Numbered from the stretch's first letter, positions 37,556-49,577 are shown. The stretch is DNA of 64,000 nt from Octopus bimaculoides (GCF_001194135.2 NC_068986.1:86170988-86234987); one strand, 5' to 3'. Notes: generated by a model not told the origin, from the letters alone. Made by a program: numbers and translations.

Positions 37556-39031
37556 TTAGGTTGTCAAGTATGAAATTTGTTATTTCTTTACTGCCCACAA
37601 ACAAGGACAGACAAACGGATTAAGTCGATTATGTCGACCCCAGTGCGTAACTGGTACTTATTTAATCGACCCCGAAAGGATGAAAGGCAAAGCTGACCTC
37701 GGCATAATTTTGAACTCAGAATGTAGCGGCAGACGAAATACCGCTAAGCATTTCTCCCGGCGTGCTAACGCTTCTACCAGCTCGCCGCCTTATGAAATTT
37801 GTAGTAAAGTATAAGTATGAAATGTGTAGTAAGGTATAAGGTATATGACAAATTTTGACAGCTGCTTATTTTGGACCATTACCATATTTTGTGAATCTTT
37901 ATTTTTTGTTAGAAAGCTGACACAACTATTTCGTTATTCTAACGCATTCTGCGCTTTATAAAGCATTTATATATCGTTTTTTGCCATTTTTATTTAGAGA
38001 GGGATAAGTTGGAAATCCGTACAGTTTTGAAATATGAGTTCGTTCTTGGAAATACAGCATCCCAGACAGCTCGGAATATTAAAGGAGTAGTTCATTGTAA
38101 TGTTATTACAGAGCAGACAGTATGAAATTGGTTTTCAAAATTTCGTTCTGGTAACTTTGGACTCACAAATAAGCAACGCGGTCGACCAAAAAGAAAGGTG
38201 GATAATGACAAACTGAAAGACACCGTCGAATCAGATCCATCTCAAAGTGCCCGTGAATTAACCTAGTTCAAATCGGTAAAGTGAAGAAATTTTGAATAAG
38301 TGGGTTCTACACGAACTCAATGAATATCAGAAACAGCAACGTTTGGAAGCCTGCATTATGCTACTTTCTTGTCACAAAAATGAATCATTTTTGAATCGAA
38401 TTATAACATGTGAGGAGAATTGGATCCACTACAACAACCGTAAATGTTCTGTACAATGGTTGGTCAAACAAGCCACCAAAACACGGTTCAAAAAAGCAAA
38501 ATTCCTCAAAAGAAGTTGATGATTGTCTGACACATTATGATTTCCTTAAACCTGGCTCATCAATCACGGCCGAATTGTACTGCAAACAACTGGAGCAAAT
38601 GATGCAGAAACTTACAAAAAAAAAACTTGATTATTCAACAGATCCATTCCTATTTTATTGCAAGACAACGCCACACCACACATCGCAAACACGACATTGG
38701 CGAAAACTACACAAGCTGGAGTTGGAAGTTTTCCATCATTCAGCATACTCATCTGATCTTGCCCACAGTGATTACCACTTCTAGATTTTGGATAACTTTT
38801 TGATAGGAAAACAATGTAATTCCTACCATACTGTAAAACAGGCCTTCCAAGATTTTTTTGACTCTAGATTGCCAGGCTTTTACAGTTCTTGGCTGGACAA
38901 TCTACCGCTGAAATGGAAAATGTGTATGGACAATATGGTTGCATATTTTGATAAATAAAACCATTCCTTGTATTTATAAAACATTAGCAATCTTTGTTTC
39001 TTTTCTACAAATTTCATACTTGACGACCTAA
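37556..39031 (+). mobile_element. Full-length decayed mariner element with TIRs and TA target duplication
   Basis: TIR TTAGGT(T/C)GTCAAGTATGAAATTTGT at both ends flanked by TA; remnants IRTVLKYEF..WFSKFRSGNF..RGRPK, KWVLHEL (WVPHEL), IITCEENWIHYNN, HHSAYSSDLAHSDYHF (YSPDLAP); stops and frameshifts. Confidence 0.93.
37581..37790 (-). mobile_element. SINE family B, full length, inserted in the mariner left TIR
   Basis: Complete reverse-complement copy flanked by 12-bp direct repeat TATGAAATTTGT (37569-37580, 37791-37802). Confidence 0.93.
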
Positions 39032-39458
39032 TATTAAAGTATTGATACACCTAGTTAAAAAGTATACACATATAAATCTTGCATAGCCATCTTAGTGGAA
39101 GTAAATTCTGGACCCCAGCAAATTCCAATGATGGTGAGAGGTAGCATCACCTTTCATCATAAATGCACGGTCAATCATATTCAAAAGAATTCCCTTCATT
39201 GATCTAATTGTTGGCGTTTATTATATTTATCTCTTAAATGTAATATACACCAACTCGCTAGCATATGAATTCCAAATATAGATTTAACAACATACTTCCA
39301 AATATTCCGCCAAGCTAATTATCACTGAGTTTAATATTAAAAAAGTCACTAGTTTGTCCGTTCATTGCCATTTATGTGCAGCTCTGTTTCCCTTTGATAC
39401 GTGTTGTATACTGTCTTCGTTTGGTGTTTTTTTATCGACATCCATTTCACGTTGTTTA

Positions 39459-39575
39459 ATGTATGTATGTATGTATGTATGTATGTATGTATGTACGTAT
39501 GTATATCTGTATGTATGCATGTATGTGTGTGTGCATGCATGTATGTATGCATGTATGTATGTATGTATGTATGCA
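39459..39575. repeat. (ATGT)n tetranucleotide microsatellite
   Basis: Seen directly. Confidence 0.95.
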
Positions 39576-40119
39576 TGGGCAAAATCATAGTTAGAAATGT
39601 TGCATAGTTACGTATGCTTATATGATCGCGTGTGTATGTTTGCGAGACTATTTGTGTTTGTGTATATCTCTTAACTTATGGGAAATACCCCAAGAGTAAA
39701 AGTAAAACAACCTACACATCAGAGATTTCAGCCATCATCAGTGACGTATTTTCGGAGTTCTTTTATTGGCTGTGATAGAAACGGATTTTGATTTTTGTTT
39801 CGATAAATATAGATTACTATAATATTATACAGAACGATAAATAAAGCGAATTCTATAAATTCGTTTGTTTTCAAGAATGTAATAATAACTATCATCATCA
39901 TCACCGTCATCATAATGATCCCACTTGGCAGTGCTTACTGAGTAATTCTACCAGATAGAAATAACGACTACATTTGATTTTAATAACACTCAAATGTTTT
40001 ACTAAATATTATGCTCTTGACTAAAACGTATTTGATTATAGGTCGCTTCGGTGAGTGATAATGTAGAATAGATAATAAACCAAACGAGAACATTCGAACA
40101 AAATGCATTGCAGCATTTA

Positions 40120-40717
40120 CAGTCTTTATGTTCTGATTTGACATTCCATGGAGGTCGACATTGCATGTCATTCTTTCGGAGTTAATGAAATAAGTACCAG
40201 TCGGACACAGGTCAATGAAATCAACTAGGCCAACCCCCAAATTTTAGGCCTTCGGCCTACGATAGTGGTTCTTCTTCTTATTATTATTATTATCATCATT
40301 GTTATAGAATCGTTAGCGCGCCGGACGAAATGCTTAGCAATATTTCGTCTGCCAGTACGTTCTGAGTTCAAATTCCGCGAAGCCTTTGCCTTTCATCCTT
40401 TCGGGGTCAACAAAATAATTACCGGTTACGTACTGGGATCGATATAATCGACTAGTCCCCTTTCCGCAAAATTCTCAAGGCCTTGTGCCTAGACTAGAAA
40501 TAATAATTATTATTATCATAAAGGCGACGAGCTGGTAGAAACGTTAGCACACCGGGCGAAATGCTTAGCAGTGTTTTGTCTGCTGCTATGTTCTGTGTTC
40601 AAATTCCACCGAAGTCGACTTTGCATTTCGGGGTCGATAAATCAAGTACCAGCTGAGTATCTGTGATCGACTGCCCCCTCCCCACAAAATCCAAGCCCTG
40701 TGCCTATAGTAGAAACG

Positions 40718-40774
<57 letters not shown>

Positions 40775-41005
40775 CTATTATCATCATGAAGACAATGAGC
40801 TAGCAGAATCGTTAGCACGGCGGACGAAATGCTCAGCAGTATTTCGTCCGCTGATACTTTCTGAGTTCGGATTTCGCTAAGGTCGACTTTGCCTTTCATC
40901 CTTTCGGGATCGATACAGTGAATACCAGTCAAGTACTGGTTTCGATGTGATCGACTTACCTCCTCCCCCACAACTTTCAAGCGTAGACTCTATAATAGAA
41001 AGAAT
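40120..41005 (+). mobile_element. Four head-to-tail SINE family B copies separated by (ATT)n/(ATC)n tails
   Basis: Heads at ~40305, ~40522 and ~40797 plus a degenerate copy at ~40120, each with the GTCGA..AAGTACCAG domain. Confidence 0.85.
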
Positions 41006-41819
41006 TAATATTATCCTCCTCCTCCTCCTATTCCTCCTCCTTCTCCTTCTCCTCCTCCTCCTCATCATCATCATCATCACCACCACCACTACCACCACCA
41101 CCACAACCACCATCACCACCAATACCATCATCATCATCATCATCATCAAAATGGTGTTAATTATAATCATTGTTATTATCATCGACCATCACCAGTTTCA
41201 TAAACAGTTTCTTAAAATTTGTTCAATTCATTTTATTCTTCTTGTATAGAGTTTCAACGAAAGATCGATAGTGACTAAATGCTACAGATGATTAATAGCA
41301 ATTTATAATATGACTGTATTATACCAACAGGTTTCTCAGTGATTTGTGAGCGAAAGAGAATAGAAACGTCAGCCGTTTGCAATATCTAAGCATTTCCGTC
41401 TTAATCATATTACTATATGCAAATATACATAATTTCATCGTCTCTTTTGAGGTACAAATCTCTGTAGAGTCGATTTTGTGTTTCATCATTTCATTTTAAT
41501 GAAATTAAATAACAACAGTAGAATGGCGGTGTAAAAATTTGATATATCGTTTTGCGAACTTTTCTCTGATTTTACTAACATGAAATGAATATTAATCATG
41601 AAATATGGCAACCTGTATAGCGAATAAGAAAAGCTCGTAAGGTGCTAAAAGTAAGATTCAGTTTCTATTTCTGATTACATTATTTCAGTTTAGAAAAGCA
41701 TGAAATTTGCACATTCATTATCACTTGACAACAAATTTATATAAGCTTATGGCAAAACCTTACACATCTGCATCACGTAAGCATCCATATCAGTTGTGAA
41801 TTACTTTATATATGTAGAT

Positions 41820-42171
41820 GACATATGGCTTAATGGTGAGGGTTTTCGGCTCACAATTGTAATATTGTGAGTTCGATTCACAACGGCATTTTGTGTCATT
41901 TTGTGTCACAAAAATGAAAAAGGAATATTAGAAAAATATCGACGTTTTATTTCATGTTGCTCCAATCTATTCGGTTGGCAAAAATAAGTTATACCTGAAT
42001 TTCAAAGAGTCAGCCTTGTTACATTATATGTCACGCTGTAACGTCCTGGGAACTACGTTAATTGTACGCCTGCCTGTGGAGTGATCTGCCACCTGAACGT
42101 TAATTTTACGAACAGGTTGTTCTGTTGACCAGATCAACTGAATGACTCGACGTCGTAGCCGTCGCTGTGCC
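41820..42171 (+). mobile_element. tRNA-derived SINE family D (CORE-like), diverged
   Basis: TGGCTTAATGG A-box-like, GAGTTCGATTC B-box, TTATTTCATGTTGCTCCA, GAACTACGTTAA..CTGTGGAGTG..ACGTTAATTT..GATCAACTG tail. Confidence 0.7.
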
Positions 42172-44964
42172 GTTATTTACATTGCAACACATGAAGTATG
42201 GTACACAGGCGACAGCAAGTGTTTCGGGCGGGAAGGAAAAAAAAAGTACATCCTGCTAACCCCGGCGAAACAGCGACACAAACGGTAGTGACGAGAAGGG
42301 GAGTCGAAAGAATGTAGTTTGTTGCCGGGGCACGAGGTGTAGATCGACGATGGCAGCGAAGGCGAGGGCGCTCACGCGCGAACAGACAATGTGACAGCAA
42401 CGACATAGCTCGAACATGCCGGCCATATAACGTCTCGAGGTTCGTACCTGTGTCGACGAACGCGAAATAGAAGAGCAAGAGCTGAACGACTCCTCCGTGC
42501 TGAAAACCTGTAGACAGTCAGAAATGTTGTATATTATTCTGTGGTAAGACACTTTACAGATTTATTGCGGTCGAACAACGTGAAGCCTAGGTCTGCCAGT
42601 TGTACCACTTCTCACTATGATAAAACACAGGGCTGATACAGGCTAACCCACTCTGTAAAATCATCGGCAAGTAGCTCTCTATCACTAAAATATATAGTAG
42701 TGCCTATTTGGAAATAGGTGGGTTGATTCATTTCAAACCGAAATGTTTTGAGCTTAGAATCTATCAAATTTCGAATGCTTAACAAGGAATATACACATCA
42801 TTAGTTTGTACATCCTTGTCCTTCCATGTAAAAAATAGTATGGCGGTTGTGATGTAAAAGTAGTCATTGAGAGTCCACCTTTCAATCACCATCATCAGCA
42901 ATAGTAGTAACACCATCATCACCACAATCGACAGCAATGTCATTGTCATCATGAGCATTATCATCATAGTCAACGTCAAATTTGATACCAAAACTAAGTC
43001 AAGTTATCGATTCCGTTCCTTTCGCTGTCACTTTTCATATTCTCCTAACTCGAGTGTGCATATAAAAAATAGTCTAATGACAATTTTTGTAAGACATTTT
43101 TTTTTTTGCAGTTTCTGACATGGAAAAGAAAAATATAATAAATGACTTTTATTTAGTAAATTAATTTATTAATGAATTTATTTTAATTCTAGAAATTTTA
43201 TTTTACATATTATCTTCTCTACTTTTTAATCAAAAAAAAAAAAAAAAAAAGAAATGTAAGAAACAACAGAAAAGAAAAAAATCTCCTCTTTTCATCAAAT
43301 ATTGTCCAGAAAATTCTGTCGGAAATAGAAGCAGACAAAAAAATTACTAAAATATAGAAAAAAAAAAAAAAAGAAAAGGAATATTCAGATATCGAAAGTT
43401 TGTCTTTTGTGCTTCATTATTCATATCACGTTTCTATAACAATCTTTGCCCATATGATTTCAGCTTAGCGTCTTGGAGATTGCCGTTTCCACGTGGATCA
43501 AATCTGACAAATTGTTTGCTTCACGCATTACTACGGCCATCGCAGAAGATCGCTGAAGAAAATTATTAGGACTTTCTTTACGCATTCATCATTCTTCATA
43601 AAATTATTTTCTACGAATGGCGACTGTCACAGTGAATCGCGTAAGGCTGTCGTTCAAGTGGATGTGTATGCGTGATATCTTTAAAAATTCTGGTGGTGAG
43701 AATGGTGGACTGTCAGTAAGCACATGATTTTTGACAGAAAGTAGATCACAACCAAAAGACATGCTTTCCAAGATGGATGGAAATGTTTCTACTCAAACAA
43801 TTTTTCTTTTAATATCTTCTTACTCTTCTATTTTTTTTATATATATATCCACACACAAACACACTCTCACAGATATGTATGTATGTATATATATAAATAT
43901 ATANNNNNNNNNNNNNNNNNNNNNNNNNNNNNNNNNNNNNNNNNNNNNNNNNNNNNNNNNNNNNNNNNNNNNNNNNNNNNNNNNNNNNNNNNNNNNNNNN
44001 NNNNNNNNNNNNNNNNNNNNNNNNNNNNNNNNNNNNNNNNNNNNNNNNNNNNNNNNNNNNNNNNNNNNNNNNNNNNNNNNNNNNNNNNNNNNNNNNNNNN
44101 NNNNNNNNNNNNNNNNNNNNNNNNNNNNNNNNNNNNNNNNNNNNNNNNNNNNNNNNNNNNNATATATATGTATGTATGTATGTATATGCATGTATGTATT
44201 TACAAACGCACGCTTTCACGCATATATCACAGAAGTACACACGCATATCTATTTATGTATCTATCTAGCTAAGATCCTTACCTAGCTACCTAGGTAGTTA
44301 CTCCCACCCTCCCTCGCTCCCTACCTACCTACCTACCTACCTACCTACTTATCTACCTGCCTGTCCAAAGCAAGTTTGGTTTGACCAGTATAAATACAAA
44401 CTCTCCCTCCTATTTCGAGCAGCATTTCTTGCGCTTCTAACCATTTCTAACTAAAATAATGTGAATCACATATAGATTTATATATATATACAGCGAGCTA
44501 GGAAGAGAGGGAAAGAGAGAGAGAGAGAAGGAAGGAGGGAGAAAGTATCACTTACAAGGCAGAAGTTTATCTCCTTTATATTTTTAAACCATTTGGTCTG
44601 CTATATATATTTCTACCCTTCCTATGAATCATGGAGGAATTGACTTTTATTCTGGTTCGATGTTGTATAATATTACTAATGACATAGAATGGTGGCTGAA
44701 AAAGTCCGCAAATTCTCAAAGAGTTACTGGTTACCCGTAAATTACCCGATTTTATGAATGCTAAATGACTGCTACATGCTGCGAGTGATATTTCTTTAAA
44801 AGTCATAGATAGGTAACTTTAATTGGGATTCGGAGACATACTAAAATCTAGATTGTTATTGCTTGTAGATCTATGCTTTGTCAATCATTTTCATTATCAC
44901 AGCATGAGTGAAGTTTCTTCCATTTTGCTGATCAAAGTGTTTTTTTATAAACGTTAACGAAACA

Positions 44965-45200
44965 GATGCAGGCATAGGAATGTGGTAAATAATCTCACTT
45001 AGGGACCACGTAGTTTCAGCTTGATTCCCACTGTGACACTATGGGCCATTTGGGCCAACCGATTTGGTGAAAAGAAATTGTATGGCAGCCGTCGTATATA
45101 TGAGAGTATTTGAGTTTGTTACTCACCCCCACAACTTGACAACAGCTGTGGGTTCGTTTACGTCCCACAACGTAGCGGTTCGGTAAATATCACCGATATA
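44965..45200 (+). mobile_element. SINE family A, highly degenerate
   Basis: GATGCAGGCATAGG..TGTGGTAAATAA head, ACTTGACAAC..TTTACGTCCC..TAGCGGTTCGG. Confidence 0.65.
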
Positions 45201-45624
45201 ATAATTCAAAAACTGCCTGACTGAACTTCCCATTCTCTTGAAATCTCATCATAACTACTTCCCGAACGTTCGGTACCTCTCCTAATCCACATAACCTGCA
45301 CTCCATCCGGATTCTCACTGGAGTTCGAATTCTTTCAGACTCTACCACTATGGATCTTCCTGGTTATTTTCGTTAATAAAAGTAAGTACGAATGGAGTTG
45401 CCTGACGAAACCCTTGAATGTGATGCCCCAGCATAGCGGCAATCCGATGATTGACGCAAGCAAAAGTAGAAAAAAGAAAACAAAAAGGGGGGTTAGAAAA
45501 TATAAAAGTATGGGTACATAAAGTTTTGAGCTGTTGATTTTCGTTGATCTTATATTCAAGAATACACTGTAAATTGCATGGAAATTTCCATAAAATTCAT
45601 AAGGTGTAATTTATTTTCACTATT

Positions 45625-45968
45625 TAATTTTCATTTGTGTCCAAATATTTCCGTCGCTTTGAAACCACGACCTGTTCACTGACAAAGCATGGCGCTGCAT
45701 CTGAGAGAATATCAGTTAGTTCATGATATATATGCGTTTATGTATGCATGCATGCATGTATGCACGAATGTATCTACGAATGTATATATGCATGTATACA
45801 TGCATACATGCACACATACATGTATATATACATACATGCATACAAAGATATATACATACCCACATACATATCATGAACTGTAACTCTCTCAGATGCAGCG
45901 CAAAGTTTTGTCAGTGAACAGGTTGTGGTTTCAAAGCGAGAAACATATCTTGACACAAATGAAAATTA
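45625..45968. mobile_element. Foldback element: ~105-bp inverted arms around an (ATGT/ATAC)n-like core
   Basis: CGCTTTGAAACCACGACCTGTTCACTGACAAA..GCGCTGCATCTGAGAGA versus its reverse complement at 45868-45968. Confidence 0.85.
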
Positions 45969-46164
45969 GATGCCGAAATGAAACTAACGGATTTGTGTAT
46001 TATTGAAAGGATTACAAATATCTTCCACGCTACAATGGTTTTTTTGTTCCAGCACACGATCCCGGTTTACATGACTTGCTATGCAAGTGCATATCTGTAA
46101 TTTATTTTTTAGAACCCCTAATATTATGATTTAATAATTCTATATGTATATAATTTTTGAATAC

Positions 46165-46214
46165 CTTTCCCATTGTGGGCAGCAATGGTTTGGCTGGCAG
46201 TTGAAATGCTAGAA
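46165..46214 (-). CDS. Weak candidate coding exon (50 nt): LAFQLPAKPLLPTMGK
   Basis: Acceptor TATAATTCGGTTTTCAG|T, donor AAG|GTATTC, two open frames; same strand as the 30730 exon; no homology recognised. Confidence 0.25.
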
Positions 46215-46897
46215 CTGAAAACCGAATTATACAAGATAGCACAGCACGCCTCCATATATATATATATATATATATATANNNNNNNNNNNNNNNNNNNNNN
46301 NNNNNNNNNNNNNNNNNNNNNNNNNNNNNNNNNNNNNNNNNNNNNNNNNNNNNNNNNNNNNNNNNNNNNNNNNNNNNNNNNNNNNNNNNNNNNNNNNNNN
46401 NNNNNNNNNNNNNNNNNNNNNNNNNNNNNNNNNNNNNNNNNNNNNNNNNNNNNNNNNNNNNNNNNNNNNNNNNNNNNNNNNNNNNNNNNNNNNNNNNNNN
46501 NNNNNNNNNNNNNNNNNNNNNNNNNNNNNNNNNNNNNNNNNNNNNNNNNNNNNNNNNNNNNNNNNNNNNNNNNNNNNNNNNNNNNNNNNNNNNNNNNNNN
46601 NNNNNNNNNNNNNNNNNNNNNNNNNNNNNNNNNNNNNNNNNNNNNNNNNNNNNNNNNNNNNNNNNNNNNNNNNNNNNNNNNNNNNNNNNNNNNNNNAAAT
46701 GAGCTGTGTATGGTGGAGATATTGCTATTTATATGTCCGCGCAGCTGACCTCCAATTCCACAGAGGTTAGATACTGATTGTTGTGTTAACCGTTAAATAG
46801 AATCTAGCTGAGAGCTAATACTGTATCTGCCCTGTTGATATATCTCTCTAAACTCACTTACATATATATATATGAACATATATACTAACATACACTT

Positions 46898-47640
46898 TCA
46901 CCGAAAGAGGGTTAAGGTGGAGAGGTAAGAGCAAGTGCGGCAGCGTGGGCGGTAGCAGGGGAACGAGCTGGGTTGGGAGGTTGGGTTAGGGAAGAAGCTG
47001 TGGACCAAGTGGTCTCGTAGGTTGTGGGCTCGTTTGAAGGAGGGGAGGGGTCGGTTAGCAAAGATGTGCGAAGTGGAGGGGTCGGAATGGATTCGCGGGA
47101 GGGCTCGGGGAATGGTGTGTTGGAGATGTAGGGTGGTGGGGTTATAGGTGAGCGGACACAGGAGACGGCGGGGTGGGTGCGGGGGAGAGAGCAGATGCAC
47201 AATCCACGGAATGTGCTCTGGCAAGGGCGGTGTGGATAGTCGTGAGGAGATATCCACGTAGGATCAAGTGGCGAGCTTTGAGTTGAGACTGAGTCTCAAA
47301 TTCATGGTCGTCATTACAGAGCCTGCGTAGACGGAGAAACTGGGAATAGGGGATGGAAAGCTTAGTGTGTTTAGGGTGGGAGGAGAAGAAGTTGAAGTAT
47401 AAGTGTGAGACTGTGTGTTTCTAGTGGATGTAGGTGGTGAGAGTGGAATACTGAATGCTGACCGAAATGTCAAGAAAGGAGACAGAGGTGTCAAAGATAG
47501 TACAGGAGAAGTGGAGGAAAGGATGGAAAGATTTGCCAAAAGAGAGGAAGGAGTCTAGATGTTCGCGGGAGAGTGAGCTCGCACCGATACAGTCGTCAAT
47601 ATAACGGCCGTATAGTTCGGGAATGGGACCAGTGCAGTTG
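46898..47640 (-). mobile_element. Penelope-like retroelement fragment: RT catalytic/thumb region plus Cys-rich linker toward GIY-YIG
   Basis: YGRYIDDCIG (YIDD at 47592-47603), SFLDISV, HPKHTKLSIPYSQFLRLRRLC, FKRAHNLRDHLVHS, PCYRPRCRTCSY; at least one stop and one frameshift. Confidence 0.92.
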
Positions 47641-47715
47641 AATTAGGCACTTTAGTTGATGCTCCAAGTCAGTCAGGTATTGTCCGCACAACTCGAAGTA
47701 AGTTGAATTAAAATC

Positions 47716-47904
47716 AAATAAGTAAAAGTGATGTCCAGATATCAGTGCATCACGGCTGTTTCAAGCGGCTACATTTAATTGATCTATTTAAACATTACAT
47801 CAAATTGAAATAAATCCGTTTATTTCAAATTGGTGTAATATTTGATCAGTGCCGTTTGAAACGGCCGTAATAAATTGATATCTGGACATCCTTGTTACTT
47901 GTTT
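47716..47904. mobile_element. Palindromic MITE-like element, 4-nt central loop
   Basis: GATGTCCAGATATCA/TGATATCTGGACATC and CAAATTGAAATAAA-TCCG-TTTATTTCAAATTG. Confidence 0.85.
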
Positions 47905-47923
47905 GCTTTATATACATATAAAC

Positions 47924-47981
<58 letters not shown>

Positions 47982-48293
47982 AAGACACACACGAACATAG
48001 ACACAAACACGCATAGACATAAATATATACATATATCTATATACATATATCTATTTGTAATTTATACCTAAATAATGCCTTTTGCTTGCGAACCACCTAT
48101 GTTACTACTGTTGATACCATCATTTAAACATTTTATTCAAAGATGATATTAACAGTAGTGACATCTTATTTTAAATCTTAGTGTTTCAATATTTTCTTTA
48201 TAAATATTTCTGCACCATATGTTGTTTCTAGAGCAAAACAAAACCACTGCACCGACGGAATATAACGTGACGGTCTGAAACTTTTACTAGGTG

Positions 48294-48353
48294 GTCAACA
48301 CTGAAGAGGCTCAAACAAAAAAGTTCTAGAAGCCGAAATCCGGGTATGTGGAT
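48294..48353 (+). ncRNA. Candidate type I hammerhead ribozyme
   Basis: GTCAACA-CTGAAGA-GGCT..AGCC-GAAA-TCCGG-GTA-TGTGGAT; intact core, G10.1-C11.1 pair, GUA cleavage triplet. Confidence 0.6.
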
Positions 48354-48657
48354 GTCCTAAATTACATAATCCTTCACAGTTGTGCTTTTGAATGTATTAA
48401 TTCTTTCCATCTTATCGCCTACTGTTATTTCTCTGCTATCTTGGTGCTATACGGTGGTTTAATTAAGACATTAGCTCTCATTTATAGAAGTTGATGTTTT
48501 TCTGCATCTTTACGCTCCGTGCTAATGTGTGATTTATAGCTAAATAATGCTATTTGCCTGCGGGCCACAGATGATATTAACAATAGTGACATCTTATTTC
48601 AAATCTTAGTGTTTGAATGTTTTGTTTATATCTATGTACACACACACGCACACACAC

Positions 48658-48694
<37 letters not shown>

Positions 48695-49315
48695 NNNNNN
48701 NNNNNNNNNNNNNNNNNNNNNNNNNNNNNNNNNNNNNNNNNNNNNNNNNNNNNNNNNNNNNNNNNNNNNNNNNNNNNNNNNNNNNNNNNNNNNNNNNNNN
48801 NNNNNNNNNNNNNNNNNNNNNNNNNNNNNNNNNNNNNNNNNNNNNNNNNNNNNNNNNNNNNNNNNNNNNNNNNNNNNNNNNNNNNNNNNNNNNNNNNNNN
48901 NNNNNNNNNNNNNNNNNNNNNNNNNNNNNNNNNNNNNNNNNNNNNNNNNNNNNNNNNNNNNNNNNNNNNNNNNNNNNNNNNNNNNNNNNNNNNNNNNNNN
49001 NNNNNNNNNNNNNNNNNNNNNNNNNNNNNNNNNNNNNNNNNNNNNNNNNNNNNNNNNNNNNNNNNNNNNNNNNNNNNNNNNNNNNNNNNNNNNNNNNNNN
49101 NNNNNNNNNNNNNNNNNNNNNNNNNNNNNNNNNNNNNNNNNNNAAAGAGAAATAAACAAAATAATTTATTAATCTAGTGGAAATCCACAGGAGAGCAATA
49201 AAAATAGAAAATTAAGGAGCTATCTCCCCTATAATAACAAAGACGAAAGCTAACGATATCCTAAAGACCTAATAATAGTTATGTATGTGTTTTTTCGTGT
49301 TTTGTTCGAAAGGTA

Positions 49316-49401
49316 ACCACTCCTGAAGAAGTGCCAAACGTCTAAATCCAATGGACCAGTCACTGGATAAGTTTGGCACAGAAATGTTAACATAGAGTGG
49401 T
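49316..49401 (+). ncRNA. Candidate type I hammerhead ribozyme with long stems
   Basis: ACCACTC-CTGAAGA-A-GTGCCAAAC..GTTTGGCAC-A-GAAA-TGTTAACAT-A-GAGTGGT: 7-bp stem I, 9-bp stem II, palindromic stem III. Confidence 0.65.
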
Positions 49402-49577
49402 GAATAAATCGATATATCGAATTTGAAGTCTCTGTCTCTTTTGAATATGAAAATTTAAAAGTTTAAAAACCTTATGATATAAATATAAACTGTGAGAACG
49501 ATCCTTAAGGAATCTAACTAATGATCTCCTAAGGTAAGTTATTATGCTATATTGGTAACGGTTGCTACATCCTCTGG

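Noticed and set aside
39716-39746. Minus-strand CTGATGA-TGGCT-GAAA motif with a 5-bp stem I
   Set aside because: Stems II and III are too short to form; at best a deleted relic.
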